From Trypanosoma brucei (Eukaryota), in contig CP000070.1 in assembly GCA_000002445.1 (NCBI GenBank), positions 384,001 to 448,000 of the forward strand: DNA of 64,000 nucleotides, given 5' to 3'. Below are positions 11,945 to 23,231 of the stretch, one piece after another. Made by a program: the position numbers and the translations under genes. Positions within the stretch are counted from its first letter, which is position 1, and every line of letters begins with the position of its first letter. The notes beneath the pieces are model-generated. The model had not been told where the DNA came from. It made no database searches and saw nothing but the letters and a program-made list of their open reading frames with translations.

Positions 11945-14620
11945 ATGATTGCTGATGCGGAATGGAGTGAATTCGCTTCTGTGGAACTTGACGATGCCTT
12001 CATTGAGTCCTACATTAGGAACGGAGGGACCGCACGCGCCAGCAGCGGTGACGATGCAAGTCGAGACGAATCTCTTCGCAGTGGGAGTGCCAGCATGGAA
12101 GAAATTTGGGGGGAATGCTCTATGCAGAGCGTATGTGACGGCTTTGTGCGTAACTTTCTTACCGACGACACGATGGGCACGCTACATTACCTGCTGAAGG
12201 ACTGCGATAGCTCGTTGAAAGATATCGCCGATATTTTGCACCGCTTCATTAGTAGTCTTGACACCACCAGGCAGGGTATTGAGGACGTGCGTCAGCAACT
12301 CCATCGAGTGATGCTTCAGCATGGCAACGCGACTTCAGCAGGTCGTGCTGTGCGGACTGTTTTGCAGCGTTTGCTTGTGTCTCCTCAGGTGGTGCGAATC
12401 ATTACCCAGGGGGGTGAGGAGGAGCTAGGTCCACAATTCAAACACAGCGTGCAGGAATTGTTGTGTATTCTCAGAAAAAGCAGAAGGTACACCAATATTC
12501 TCCTTGTAAAGGAAGACAGTGGTTGCTACACTGCCGTTCCTGCTGGTGCCAGTGCCATCCCTGTTTTGGCGGACGCTGGTAACAGAGAAACTGTGCAGGT
12601 ACCGTTGCTCGAATTCAAAATGTACCATGAGCAGATTGAACTGCTTAATCGCCTGACGGTGCTTGCATGTACGAAAGCGAAGCGGTTCCTCGCGAAGAAA
12701 ATTGCCCTGCTAAGCGTGAAGAACACCAATGTGTCCATTCAACAGGAACACATCTTGAAACCAACAACCTTTTACTCCCGTTTGATAGACGAGGCGGTCA
12801 CACTTCTCTGTCCCTCTAATGTGGGCGACATGAGTAATCAAACGAACCCGGAGTCTCCGGCATCGTTGCCTTACTGTATCGTTAAGGCTCTGCATAGCGA
12901 ACTGCGTCGCGACTACTACGACATTATGTCCAAACTCTATCTGGAGCGCATTTGTCATTATGTGATGACGCTTAATTTGATGGAGAATACGGCTTCGACA
13001 GCGAACAAAACCGCACCTCACAAAGTGTCTGCGGTTCCGTGGGTCAATGAACTACCGTTAATTACAGACGACGAGGCTCCCAGTTCACAATCGGCCTTTG
13101 AGCTGGGTGAGCGTGCCGTAATCCTCCAGAATGTCTTTGCTCCGCCGCTTGTGCCGACTGTTGAGCAGGCGAAGTGGCGCTTACACTCGTACGAGGAGAC
13201 ATTTCGCTCACTGAACATACTGCTGTGCGACGCTGTCACCCACGAGTTCATATTCACCTTCACTTTTTTTTCGGGAGACATGTCTGTATTCGTGGATGTG
13301 TTCAAGCCAACTATACAGTTTATCGTGGATTATGTAGCCGAGGTGTTGTTAGCACAGAACACCAATAATGGTGTTTGGCGTGGTTTGCATGAACAATACC
13401 CCCAGACCGCCGTCAACACGGTATGCGGCAATGATTGCTATGGATTGCTTATTTTGATACGGTTATGCCATGATTTCAATTCGCTCATGAAGGATGTGCG
13501 GAGGTTATGCTGTTTGGAGGGGTTTTACGACTCGCTGCTGCTGCAGTTGTGGCCTTCATTCCAGCAAACTTTCGAACGCCAAGTACGAGCACTTCGCCTG
13601 GCTGACGTTCCCACCCTAGCGGACTCCTTTCTTAGGGCAGAGGATAAGCAAGGAGTAAGTGACTGGGTGGCACGCATTCATCCATTAATAAAGCATTACG
13701 CGGCATTTACCAAAGCACTTGTCACCATTACCAGCGGATGCGGCTTCAACGGTAGTGATACAGAGGAGGGGTACGCGAAGGCAACGGCGCTGGCTAATCA
13801 ATCAGTGCAAAAAGATAACGCTGATGGCAACGGTGCGACCGCAAGTGGTACCACTGGCGTGGGCGGCGATGGAAACAAAAACATTTCTTCTGAGGATGAC
13901 GTGGGTTTCGAAGAGCTGCAACAGATTGCTTGGCGAATCATTGAAGAGGAACGAGCTAGTGACATGGCGGACAGTTCATCACGCTTTGCCGTCCTAGCAG
14001 GCAATCTTTCCTTTCTTCGCGTTGAAGTTGAACGTTTGCTCTGTAGTGTCACCGCACAGCTATTGGAAACCAGTCGTTGTGATCCCGATCAGCGGGAGCA
14101 CCGGAACCTCGCTTTCCTACAGAATAATGTGCGCTATATTCTCAATGAGTGGCAAGAAGCTATCCGGAACGGTGGTGCACCAATGCTTGGCCCAGACTAT
14201 TCCGCATTGGAAGAACTTGAGAAGACCTTGCGTAGCGGATTGGTACTTTCAATTATGAAACACCATTTCCCGCTCATTAATCGTGTCCTACAAAACGATG
14301 AACACATCGACGTGCTAGCCGTAGCAGAGGTCTTTCACCATAAGTGGAGGATCGAGCTTGAGGAATTGTGCAGAAACGTTCGGTCGCTGCTGCGTGACGA
14401 GAAGTGTAAAGAGGAGTTGCTGGCTCAGGTTTGCACAGAAGTGTTGCTGTGGAATACACGTTTTATTGCTTGCCTTTCAAAGGCAACTGATGATGCTGCA
14501 GCTAGTGGTGTCTCTACTCCATCATCTTCATGTTTTACTGTAACTAACCAGCAGATGATACAGCATATACGCACTCTCGCGGCGATAGCGGAAAGCAAAG
14601 ATGATGATGAGGAGGGATAG
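11945..14620 (+). CDS. hypothetical protein (891 aa), acidic C-terminus
   Basis: Long ATG-initiated ORF in the same orientation as its neighbours. No motif recognised by eye. Confidence 0.5.
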   Translation: MIADAEWSEFASVELDDAFIESYIRNGGTARASSGDDASRDESLRSGSASMEEIWGECSMQSVCDGFVRNFLTDDTMGTLHYLLKDCDSSLKDIADILHRFISSLDTTRQGIEDVRQQLHRVMLQHGNATSAGRAVRTVLQRLLVSPQVVRIITQGGEEELGPQFKHSVQELLCILRKSRRYTNILLVKEDSGCYTAVPAGASAIPVLADAGNRETVQVPLLEFKMYHEQIELLNRLTVLACTKAKRFLAKKIALLSVKNTNVSIQQEHILKPTTFYSRLIDEAVTLLCPSNVGDMSNQTNPESPASLPYCIVKALHSELRRDYYDIMSKLYLERICHYVMTLNLMENTASTANKTAPHKVSAVPWVNELPLITDDEAPSSQSAFELGERAVILQNVFAPPLVPTVEQAKWRLHSYEETFRSLNILLCDAVTHEFIFTFTFFSGDMSVFVDVFKPTIQFIVDYVAEVLLAQNTNNGVWRGLHEQYPQTAVNTVCGNDCYGLLILIRLCHDFNSLMKDVRRLCCLEGFYDSLLLQLWPSFQQTFERQVRALRLADVPTLADSFLRAEDKQGVSDWVARIHPLIKHYAAFTKALVTITSGCGFNGSDTEEGYAKATALANQSVQKDNADGNGATASGTTGVGGDGNKNISSEDDVGFEELQQIAWRIIEEERASDMADSSSRFAVLAGNLSFLRVEVERLLCSVTAQLLETSRCDPDQREHRNLAFLQNNVRYILNEWQEAIRNGGAPMLGPDYSALEELEKTLRSGLVLSIMKHHFPLINRVLQNDEHIDVLAVAEVFHHKWRIELEELCRNVRSLLRDEKCKEELLAQVCTEVLLWNTRFIACLSKATDDAAASGVSTPSSSCFTVTNQQMIQHIRTLAAIAESKDDDEEG

Positions 14621-15790
14621 TTAAAGGGAGCAAGGGGTTGCTGGCTGACTTCTCCATTTAGGGAGGAGGGGGAACATTTGCTTTTTTTTTCTTTTTTCGA
14701 TGAAGACATCGCCGGTTATCCGATGGACCTCATTGGCATTTGTCCCTCTCTTTTGCACTCGCGCGGTGTATTGCTTTTGTTGCCTTGTCTGCTCCCCCTT
14801 TTTTTGTGGAGACAAACAAAAGGGAATTGAGGGATATCCTCCTCTACTTTTCTCTAATATACTGTTCTTTCTTCTGAACTTCTTTCTCATTTTCTCTTTT
14901 CTGTTCTTTTCTTCTTTTCACTGTTTTGGAGGCTTAGCAAGTGGCCGGCAGGGCATTATCAAGACAGAAGAAAGGAATATAAATGGGCCGTATAGCAAAC
15001 CTACGAGGGAAAACACCATTGCCATAACTCAATCGAACGGCCGTTGAGTCGCCGGAATTTTTGGAGCAAAAGTTTCTCAATGTTTAGAACTTGAATTGTT
15101 ACCACTGTCATTTTTTTTCTTTCATATCATCCTCCGCATCTCTTTGTATTGTTGAGGTGCTGCAGCGTGGCAAGGGAGAAAGAGGATAGTGAATAGTGTT
15201 ATCAAGCTTATTTATGAAGGGTTGCAGTTAACTACAAAGAGGAGGGAGAGAAACGTGAAAGGTGAAAAGTTGGGGTAGATGGAAAGTGTCAGTTAATACA
15301 TGTCTCGCCGCTCTGCTTTTGTAAGTCATTTCCCTTTTCTATTTTTTTGTGTTTTATTGTTTACTTTAAAACAGGGCATATTAACAAAGGGGGAAAGATT
15401 AAAACGCAAAAAAAAAAAGAAACAAAAAAGATAAAAAGAAACTAGGTAGGTGATAAATATTATTTTGGCTACGTCTATTTTCCCTTAGCGTTTGTTTTCC
15501 CGTTTTTTTTTAAATAGCATTTGTTTAGATTTACACGCAAAAAAAAAAACTTTCCCACATTTCATACACCCAAACTGCAACAGACAGGTGTGGTGTGACG
15601 TATAGAACAAATAGAATTTTGGAGCGAAAGGGGGCCTTTTAGTAATTAACTTGTCAACTGAGGTAAGTGCAGTACTGCACAGGAACAGGAAAGTAACAAG
15701 TGGCAGAAGGATCCGTTTTTGTACTGAGGAGTCCATCATCTGACGGAATTTCAGCAAGGGTTTGTTAAGCGAAGGTGACTGGTACGGATA

Positions 15791-15819
15791 CATTTTTTTT
15801 TTGTGTGTGTGTGTGCCAG
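15791..15819 (+). promoter_or_regulatory. polypyrimidine tract plus AG acceptor upstream of the cyclin-like gene
   Basis: catttttttttttgtgtgtgtgtgtgccag 20 nt before ATG 15839. Confidence 0.4.
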
Positions 15820-15838
15820 AAAGTGATTCGTGGGGAAG

Positions 15839-17248
15839 ATGAGTTACAATACCAGTAGCAGCAGCGATAGTTTACTCTGTGAAATAGACGTCAACATTCA
15901 GCAGCAGTTGGATAACAGTAACTTTTTCCTTCCCGTACCGAAGCATCTTTGGAATGTACAATCGAAAAAAGGCAAGCAGCGATGTCAGGGGGGAGGGACG
16001 TCGCCTAAAAACACTGCACAATCCAATCAACCGAGTACTGAAATGACATGCGTCATGCTGCAGAAGAGTATGCGAAATGCTCTCTGCAACCTAGAGCTTA
16101 TGTACACGAACGACACTGAGCGATTGAAACAGCGACTGTCTGAGGAATTTCACCGCCTCCGCGAAAGCGCCGCGGAGCGGACGCGACAGCTAATTGATTT
16201 ATCAACGAAAGCACAACCTTTGAGTTACCGCGTTTTGTTTGTGCTGAACCTCCGCCGGTGGATGCTCTGCAGGGGGTTCGAATTTGCTCTGCAGGACCTT
16301 AAGGACTGGCTCCGACTGGCGCTTCTACTGCGAGAAACCGATACACTACATTTTCTAAGGGAATGCACGAAGAAGTTAGGTCCGTATGCGCGGCAGCGCG
16401 TAGAAGACGCTCTAATCCTGCACGGCTCAGATATCGATTCTGTCTGCCAAGTTGTGATGGACATTCCCGTTCCCACCGATGAAACGACAACGTTTGGGGG
16501 TCCTTATTATAATTTGACTCTTAACGATCTAATAGCAATGGGTGACGAGGATACACACAGCGTGCATGTGGTTAATGCGCAGCATACGATGCCGTCGCAC
16601 GTGCGAGAAGGGCTCGTTGAGTGGATGTTGCTTGTCAATGTGGAGTTGAATCTGCAGTTGGAGACATTCTTCCTCGCAGTTTCTATACTTGACCGCTATT
16701 TACTCCGTGCAACCATCCAACCCGATCGCGAATACCTCACGGCCTACGCTATTCTATTGCTAGCGTCGAAGGTGGAGGAAAAGTGCCTTTTCCCGTTGCG
16801 TGACTCCGTTAGACTTTGTGGGAAAACATACAAGGTGGGTGTCCTGATTGCGACAACTAACCGTATATTTGAAGTACTGGACTGCAATGTCGTGTACGCT
16901 ACGCTTAGCAACGTGGGATTCGGTTTTTTGTGGCAGCAGGAACCTGTAGCATGTGAAAAGCAGTACTCGTTTCTCACATACATCCTTACAACACTTGCCA
17001 TTCGCACGCAATACAGGCAGTATAGACTCTCTGCACTAGCAGCCGCAGCTGTCTATGTGAGCCGACTGCGGTTTAATATCCCAACGGGTCGACCCTGTGA
17101 TGAGGTGGTTGTGCTTCTGCCAGTTATTAAGGATGCAATCAGTTGCAATATATCAGCGAGATCGGGAGGTGTGTACGACCTCTTCAAGAGAAGCTGCTTC
17201 CATGAGGCCAGTCGTTTCCCGCTGCCAGACCTTCTGTACGGTCTTTGA
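15839..17248 (+). CDS. cyclin-domain protein
   Basis: Cyclin-box-like segment MLLVNVELNLQLETFFLAVSILDRYLL...LTAYAILLLASKVEE. The tracked start at 15830 is GTG; the first ATG is 15839, immediately after the polyY tract cattttttttttgtgtgtgtgtgtgccag. Confidence 0.55.
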   Translation: MSYNTSSSSDSLLCEIDVNIQQQLDNSNFFLPVPKHLWNVQSKKGKQRCQGGGTSPKNTAQSNQPSTEMTCVMLQKSMRNALCNLELMYTNDTERLKQRLSEEFHRLRESAAERTRQLIDLSTKAQPLSYRVLFVLNLRRWMLCRGFEFALQDLKDWLRLALLLRETDTLHFLRECTKKLGPYARQRVEDALILHGSDIDSVCQVVMDIPVPTDETTTFGGPYYNLTLNDLIAMGDEDTHSVHVVNAQHTMPSHVREGLVEWMLLVNVELNLQLETFFLAVSILDRYLLRATIQPDREYLTAYAILLLASKVEEKCLFPLRDSVRLCGKTYKVGVLIATTNRIFEVLDCNVVYATLSNVGFGFLWQQEPVACEKQYSFLTYILTTLAIRTQYRQYRLSALAAAAVYVSRLRFNIPTGRPCDEVVVLLPVIKDAISCNISARSGGVYDLFKRSCFHEASRFPLPDLLYGL

Positions 17249-18995
17249 TACCAAAGCGGTGTTGAGGTGAGCCCTGCTCTATAATTATCACTCTTCATAT
17301 ACAGCAAGCATGTTGCGTCATGTTGTTTGCTTCATGATTTTATTTATTTTACTGCTTCCTTCCCCTCACTATTATTCTTTATTTCTCTATTGCTGGGCTT
17401 GCATGCACTGCAGAATACATAGAAGTGACTAACGGTCCGCCGTCGCCAGAAAAAAAAATGAGGCTAAGTCGTATGGTTATGTTAGTAGAAGCTATTCGTT
17501 TCCTTTTTTGTGCTTTCAATATATATATGCCTATTTCCACCCGCTCTTAATTACTTTCCTTGCTTTAGATAAGATTTTAAAGTTTTCCATAGATTGACTG
17601 GTGTGTGAGACCAGTCGCTGATCGAATCTTCGAAGGTGAACTTCTCTCTTGATCGTTTTATTTACCTTATTTGTTGTCTTTTTTTTTTTGCTTCTTCCCT
17701 CTTTTTTATAAAGTTGTCCTTTCTTTTTTAATTTTGAATGGGGGTTCCACGGCTGGAACAAAATCTGAAGGGATTCTGGGTGTGAATACGACAAAAAATA
17801 ATCACATAAATACAAAATAAATAGGAAAAATTTGGGTACGAGTGTCTTCCCTCCTTTAGTATTTACCCTTCGACCGTGCGTATTTATGTGGCAACGCAAG
17901 GATTGAGGCAATGTTTGATGGATACAACAATCGAATTAAATGCAATGGCGTGAATATTTACTCTTTACAACGGTCACATGTGTTCATGTGCTTGCTATAT
18001 GTGTTTGTGTTTGCGTTTTTTTTTTGTGTGTGTGTGTGACGTGAAGGTGAGTGCGGCCTGCAACCCTCTTCTGCTATGCTAATGCACGCTTTCGCATAGA
18101 TTTACACATTTTTTGTTTTTGTTTTCCTTTCTTGTGACGGGCTCACGTATGCCTGTGGGTGCTTATCTTATAGATCTTACGTTCGTACATGCAGAGAGAT
18201 ATATACATGCACTTATTTGTCGCAGGTGCAGTGCCATTGTTATTTCCGTTTTATCTCTAATTCTCTCTTTCTTTACGCAGCGTAGCGCAGATGCACTGAG
18301 TCATAAGTATCTTACATTTTTTTCTTTTTTTCTTTCTTTCTTTTACTTTTCTTTTTATGATATAATTTTTTTGTTTTCACAAATGCGTTTTTAATGAAAC
18401 GTCGCTCTTTTGCGGCCGACATCATTACCGCGTGGTCCCTACGCTCTGTGTCTTCCTTACGAGGACAATTTGTTACCTGAAGTGATCCATAAATTTAAGT
18501 ATGATACCGCGTTGCGGTTCCTCTCCTTCTGTTTGTGGGACTTACGTTTCCATTCCGTTTATGCTTTGTGAATGGTGGTGGAGGTAAAACCATGTTTTAT
18601 TTTTTCTCATCCCTTTTTTGATATTTCGTTTGTATTAGCGTTCCGTTAAGTGGAACGGGGCGGCTTCTTAAGCTGAGGTACAAGCAGTTGTATTACCCAA
18701 CCACACGTATCACATTAAATAAAGCAGAAGGGAGTTTTAGTGCACCATTTAGCACCTTCAGACAAGAGATTTAGCATTTTCTCACAGGTATTTGTTCTTT
18801 TAAAAAATTTTTATAGTGTATTTTGTTTTTTGTTCTTTCTTGACACGAGACGTCCCTTTCGTTTGTTTGCTTTGTCACCCTTTCCCTTCTTTGAGCGACA
18901 TTGCCTTTATTTTTTCATTCTGTTCCCTCTTGAGGCGCTTTACTGGGGGTCACCTCTTTCCAACTCGTTTCATTCGGCTTCATCCCGCACGAGTA

Positions 18996-19892
18996 ATGCC
19001 TGAGGCGGTTGTAATTGACGGCAGAGCGGTGGCGAAGGCCATTCAAAAGGAACTGACTGAAGAGGTCGCATTGTTGGAACGCCGTTACAAAGGAAGACGT
19101 CCGGGGCTCTCCACCATCATTTGCGGTAAGCGTAAGGACTCTCAAACGTATGTCCGCTTGAAACGTAAGGCCGCTGCCGCTTGCGGGTTTCGCAACTTTA
19201 GTGTGGAACTCCCTGCAAATGTTACGCAGGAAACTTTGGAACGGGAGGTGATTAGGTTAAACGAGGAGGAAGCATGCCATAGCATCGTTGTGCAGTTACC
19301 GCTTCCGCCGCACATCGACAAGGTGGCAGCGTTATCGAAGATTAAGCCGGAGAAGGATGCAGACTGTTTACTTCCAGTCAATGTGGGTCAGCTCCACATT
19401 AGGGAACGCAATCCTGCCATTGTTCCGTGCACCGCATCTGCCGTGATGGAGTTGCTTAGGTGCAGTGGCGTGGAAATATGTGGAAAGCGGGTAGTGGTGC
19501 TTGGACGGGGTGACATCGCTGGTCTGCCCGTTGCCACTTTGCTGGCAAATGAAGATGCCACGGTTACTGTAGTGCACTCCGCGACGCCACTATGTGACAT
19601 TGCGGACATTGTTCGAGCGTCCGATATAGTTGTGTCTGCTGCAGGTCAGCCGGGCCTTGTTCGCGGGGAGTGGATCAAGCTTGGTGCTGCAGTTATTGAC
19701 GTGGGCACCACACCCGTCGCCGATCCATCGAAGGTGCCGGGATATCGTCTTGTGGGTGACGTTTGCTTTGATGTGGCGCGTAAGCGAGCCGCTTATATCA
19801 CACCTGTGCCTGGCGGTGTTGGTCCTGTGACTGTCAGCATGCTGCTGAAGAACACTCTTACGATGTTTAAAAGAAGCGTTCGTGCCTTGTGA
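18996..19892 (+). CDS. bifunctional methylenetetrahydrofolate dehydrogenase/methenyl-THF cyclohydrolase (FolD/DHCH family)
   Basis: MPEAVVIDGRAVAKAIQKEL...GRRPGLSTIICGKRKDSQTYVRLKRKAAAACGF and ...VVVLGRGDIAGLPVATLL...PVPGGVGPVTVSMLL are diagnostic of FolD. The upstream part of tracked ORF 18816 is a T-rich UTR; the first in-frame ATG after the polyY tract is 18996. Confidence 0.8.
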   Translation: MPEAVVIDGRAVAKAIQKELTEEVALLERRYKGRRPGLSTIICGKRKDSQTYVRLKRKAAAACGFRNFSVELPANVTQETLEREVIRLNEEEACHSIVVQLPLPPHIDKVAALSKIKPEKDADCLLPVNVGQLHIRERNPAIVPCTASAVMELLRCSGVEICGKRVVVLGRGDIAGLPVATLLANEDATVTVVHSATPLCDIADIVRASDIVVSAAGQPGLVRGEWIKLGAAVIDVGTTPVADPSKVPGYRLVGDVCFDVARKRAAYITPVPGGVGPVTVSMLLKNTLTMFKRSVRAL

Positions 19893-20167
19893 GTTACAGT
19901 ACGGACGGATGGGGGCCTCATATGTCGGATCCCAATGGTAGTTGATACTTTACTTTTTCGTTGTTCCGTCCTTTTAGAGGGTGTGGTGACATATGCTGGC
20001 GGATGTAAGCACATAGCGCAACAACAACACTACTACTATCACTACTCGGTGCGTATTGTTGTGGTGGTAATGTATTGAATTATGCGGGTTCAAACGCCAC
20101 GTGATGGCAGCGCGTTTGACAGAGAAGAGAAGATATACCTTCAGTACCCCACCCGTTACCTTAAACT

Positions 20168-20187
20168 TGTGTGTGTGTGTGTGTGTG
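20168..20187. repeat. (GT)n microsatellite
   Basis: tgtgtgtgtgtgtgtgtgtg between FolD and PFK-2. Confidence 0.85.
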
Positions 20188-20546
20188 AAGTATTTAAACG
20201 TCGCATTTCCACCTTTGTATTTCCGTAATTTGTTCGTATTCGCACTTGAGTTGAGTTTCATATCCATTAGGTTCATAGTGGTTTTGACTGCGGTGGGTAA
20301 ACATCACATATTCGTTTGCTATGTAGTAAATGGAAAGTAAAGTGACTTCCCCTCCTGCTTGTCCTTTACCACCCTGTTCCTCTTTGTTCCCGTACCATTC
20401 ATTCTTACATTTACTCTTTTGTTTCTTTACGGTACCCGAGTTGTGTTATTTTCCCTTTGTTTTCTTCCCTTATTTTGTTGTTATTACTCCCTTTGTAATG
20501 TTCCACCTTGTTTGCGCCCCACGCGCTCTCTCTTCCAGCCACGACT

Positions 20547-22508
20547 ATGCGCCCAGCTCCGATGGACTGCCTGGTGTGCTCAGGGCGCCTGCCCGTGCAG
20601 ACTGCTTTTAATCGCATGGCTGCTATACAGGAGGAAATTGCGCGAATTGATGACCAACTTGCTACACTTTATTTGACTGAGAATATGGCGGCGACGTCCC
20701 CAAAGGAGGCACCCACCGACGAATCGATTGATCAAACGATAGCCCACATGCTTGCAGTCGAACTGTGCCAACTCTCCGCGTCAGGTGACACGGTTGGCAT
20801 ACGCGTTCTGCTTAGTGGTGGGGCGGATTGCAATTGTGTTGATTATCACGGGCGCACACCTCTGCATCTTGCCTGTCTTATGGGACACGTCACGGTGGCT
20901 AGGGTTCTTCTTGAGTTCGGCGCCGACGTGACGGCAACAGACAAAGAGGGCAAAACTCCGATGGATCTTGCGGTTAGAAGCGACACGCGAGAAATAGTGG
21001 AGCTCCTAATGAGTCACTGCATCTGTGATTCCTCTGGTGGTGCTCGCAGCCCCCCGCAGGAACTCGATGGTGTACTGGGTGAGGGTTTGCAAGAAGATTC
21101 TCCTCTGACAGCAACACATCCAGACTTTTCCAGTCTTCCACGACCCATGATGGGGAGCCTTATTGTAATAATGGTGGGACTTCCAGCGCGTGGGAAAATG
21201 TACACTGCGCGGCAGATTCAGCGCTACTTTCAGTGGAACGGATTGCAAAGTTCTATTTTCACCTACGACAATTATGTGCATCAACTAGCGCCAAGACAAC
21301 CCGCTTCTTGTGACATAACACAGGACGTAGATATGGAATTGCGGGTAGCAAAGGCCATTGCGCACGACATGACACATTTCATTCACCAGGAAGACGGCGT
21401 TGCTGTACTTGCTGGAAGCAATGTTACTTCGGTCCGTCGCATGGCCTTATTTAACGCAGTGATGGAAACGGGGCACATCCGACAGGGACGCGTCGTGTTT
21501 GTTGAAGTTATTAACACAGTGTCTGAACGTATACGGAACAACGTTCTTCTTGCGAAGGAAATGGTCACTGGCGCCTCCGACAGGTTTGTCGAAGAGTATT
21601 ATGAAAAAATGGAGCAGTTGGAGGCCGTGTACACCTCACTTGACCCCGTTGTAGACAAGGACCTTACATACATTCGCGTTGAAAATGGAGAGGTTTTTTC
21701 ACTCAACAATATATCCGGGTGGATGCCTTCACGCTTGGCGTATATGCTGCACAACTTGAACCCATGCTCTCACAATATTTACCTCACACGCTCTGGAGAG
21801 TACATCGATCTCGTTGACCAGCGTATCGGCGGAAACTCACCACTCACGGAGCGGGGTAGAGCATATGGTAGGGCGATATTTGAGTACTTTCGCCGGGAAC
21901 ATGGAGCAGAGCGGTTTGTTGTGATGAGTAGTTGCGCCGTTCGCTGTACGGAAACTGTACATTACTTTGATAAACGCAACGAGCTGTCGCAAGATCCATA
22001 TTTTGCATCTGGTTCAACCAGCCCAGCCGTGAATTGTCGTGTGTCGTACCTCCCTACACTCGACGACATCAACCGTGGGGATTGTGAGGGAATGCTTTTA
22101 TCCGATGTGCGACGTACGATGCCTGGGACGCTTAGGAATATTTTGGATGACCCCTACCTGACCGCGTGGCCTAACGGCGAGTGTACACACCAAGTGTTTA
22201 ATGCGCGACTTGAGCCGCTCATTCACGACATTCAGGCAAGTGACCACTCTGTTCTCGTAGTTTCACATCTCCATCTTCTTCAAGGCCTTTACTCCTACTT
22301 TGTCTGCAAGGACGGCAACGTGATCGCCCCGCAAAATGCGTACACAATTGATATACCGCTGGAATGTGTGGTGAAGATTCGACGTGTGGGTGACAACCGT
22401 GTGGCAGAGATAATTGATCTTTCCCATGAGGTTGACCGCATTGCGCAGCTCTACCATGGGGGCGCTCAACGGCACTGCCGCCGCACAGAGGACTTCAACA
22501 AACTTTGA
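20547..22508 (+). CDS. 6-phosphofructo-2-kinase/fructose-2,6-bisphosphatase-like protein with N-terminal ankyrin repeats
   Basis: Two ankyrin repeats are present (GRTPLHLACLMGHVTVARVLLEFGADV; GKTPMDLAVRSDTREIVELL). A PFK-2 P-loop follows as IMVGLPARGKMY. The histidine-phosphatase/FBPase-2 region (IYLTRSGEY...RIGGNSPLTERGRAY) has RSGE where RHGE is expected. The tracked start at 20508 is TTG; the first ATG is 20547, directly after ...ctctctcttccag. An alternative later Met is possible. Confidence 0.65.
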   Translation: MRPAPMDCLVCSGRLPVQTAFNRMAAIQEEIARIDDQLATLYLTENMAATSPKEAPTDESIDQTIAHMLAVELCQLSASGDTVGIRVLLSGGADCNCVDYHGRTPLHLACLMGHVTVARVLLEFGADVTATDKEGKTPMDLAVRSDTREIVELLMSHCICDSSGGARSPPQELDGVLGEGLQEDSPLTATHPDFSSLPRPMMGSLIVIMVGLPARGKMYTARQIQRYFQWNGLQSSIFTYDNYVHQLAPRQPASCDITQDVDMELRVAKAIAHDMTHFIHQEDGVAVLAGSNVTSVRRMALFNAVMETGHIRQGRVVFVEVINTVSERIRNNVLLAKEMVTGASDRFVEEYYEKMEQLEAVYTSLDPVVDKDLTYIRVENGEVFSLNNISGWMPSRLAYMLHNLNPCSHNIYLTRSGEYIDLVDQRIGGNSPLTERGRAYGRAIFEYFRREHGAERFVVMSSCAVRCTETVHYFDKRNELSQDPYFASGSTSPAVNCRVSYLPTLDDINRGDCEGMLLSDVRRTMPGTLRNILDDPYLTAWPNGECTHQVFNARLEPLIHDIQASDHSVLVVSHLHLLQGLYSYFVCKDGNVIAPQNAYTIDIPLECVVKIRRVGDNRVAEIIDLSHEVDRIAQLYHGGAQRHCRRTEDFNKL

Positions 22509-22920
22509 GGGAAGCGGGAAGGGAATTTGTAGAAGTAGAAACAAGCTCGATGCCGTTTTGTTTATGGGTTTGAGGTATTTGCCTATTAAATTCATAACTC
22601 TGTGCGCCTTTATATATACGTATATGTTAATGGTCACGTGATATGTTTGAGTTTACGCCTCTCCCTCCCCCTCCCCACAGTCAAAGGAATATAGGGAGAG
22701 AAGTGCCGGAATGACTGCCTTATGGGAGTCATGTTGCCACCGTCGGTTCTCCTCTTGCCAGACACCTTAAAGTTGATCCACATTATCTTATACTTATTTC
22801 AGCGTACGTTTAACAGCACGGTCTGCGTTGGTGTGGTGTGCTGTCTTGCAGTGAAATTATCTCTCTCTGATCGCTAGTCAACGCACATGGCTTTCCTTTT
22901 ATTTTTTAATTAAAACTTTT

Positions 22921-22988
22921 TGTTTCTCTCTAATTGTTTTTTTTTCTTTCGCTTGCCATGTTTTTTTTTTCCCCTCTCTTCCTGTCTG
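22921..22988 (+). promoter_or_regulatory. long polypyrimidine tract upstream of the CFIm25-like gene
   Basis: tgtttctctctaattgtttttttttctttcgcttgccatgtttttttttttcccctctcttcctgtct, followed by an A-rich stretch. Typical kinetoplastid inter-CDS processing signal. Confidence 0.35.
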
Positions 22989-23231
22989 ACTATCAACTTA
23001 CAATTGACTCACTTAAAAAAAAAAAAGGAGGCGGGAAAAAAAAGGCACGTGAAGAGAAGACACACTGAGACGCAAACATTAAGTTTAGACAAGTTCATTT
23101 TAAAGGGGTTTCAGTGAGAAACAACTGTTAGAAAAAGCAACCCTTGGACGGCGGGCGGCCGGCTTCCCAAAGCGGATTGGCTTCCTAAAGTCGTATAAAT
23201 ATATCCAGTAGAATATTTACTGCTTGGGGGG

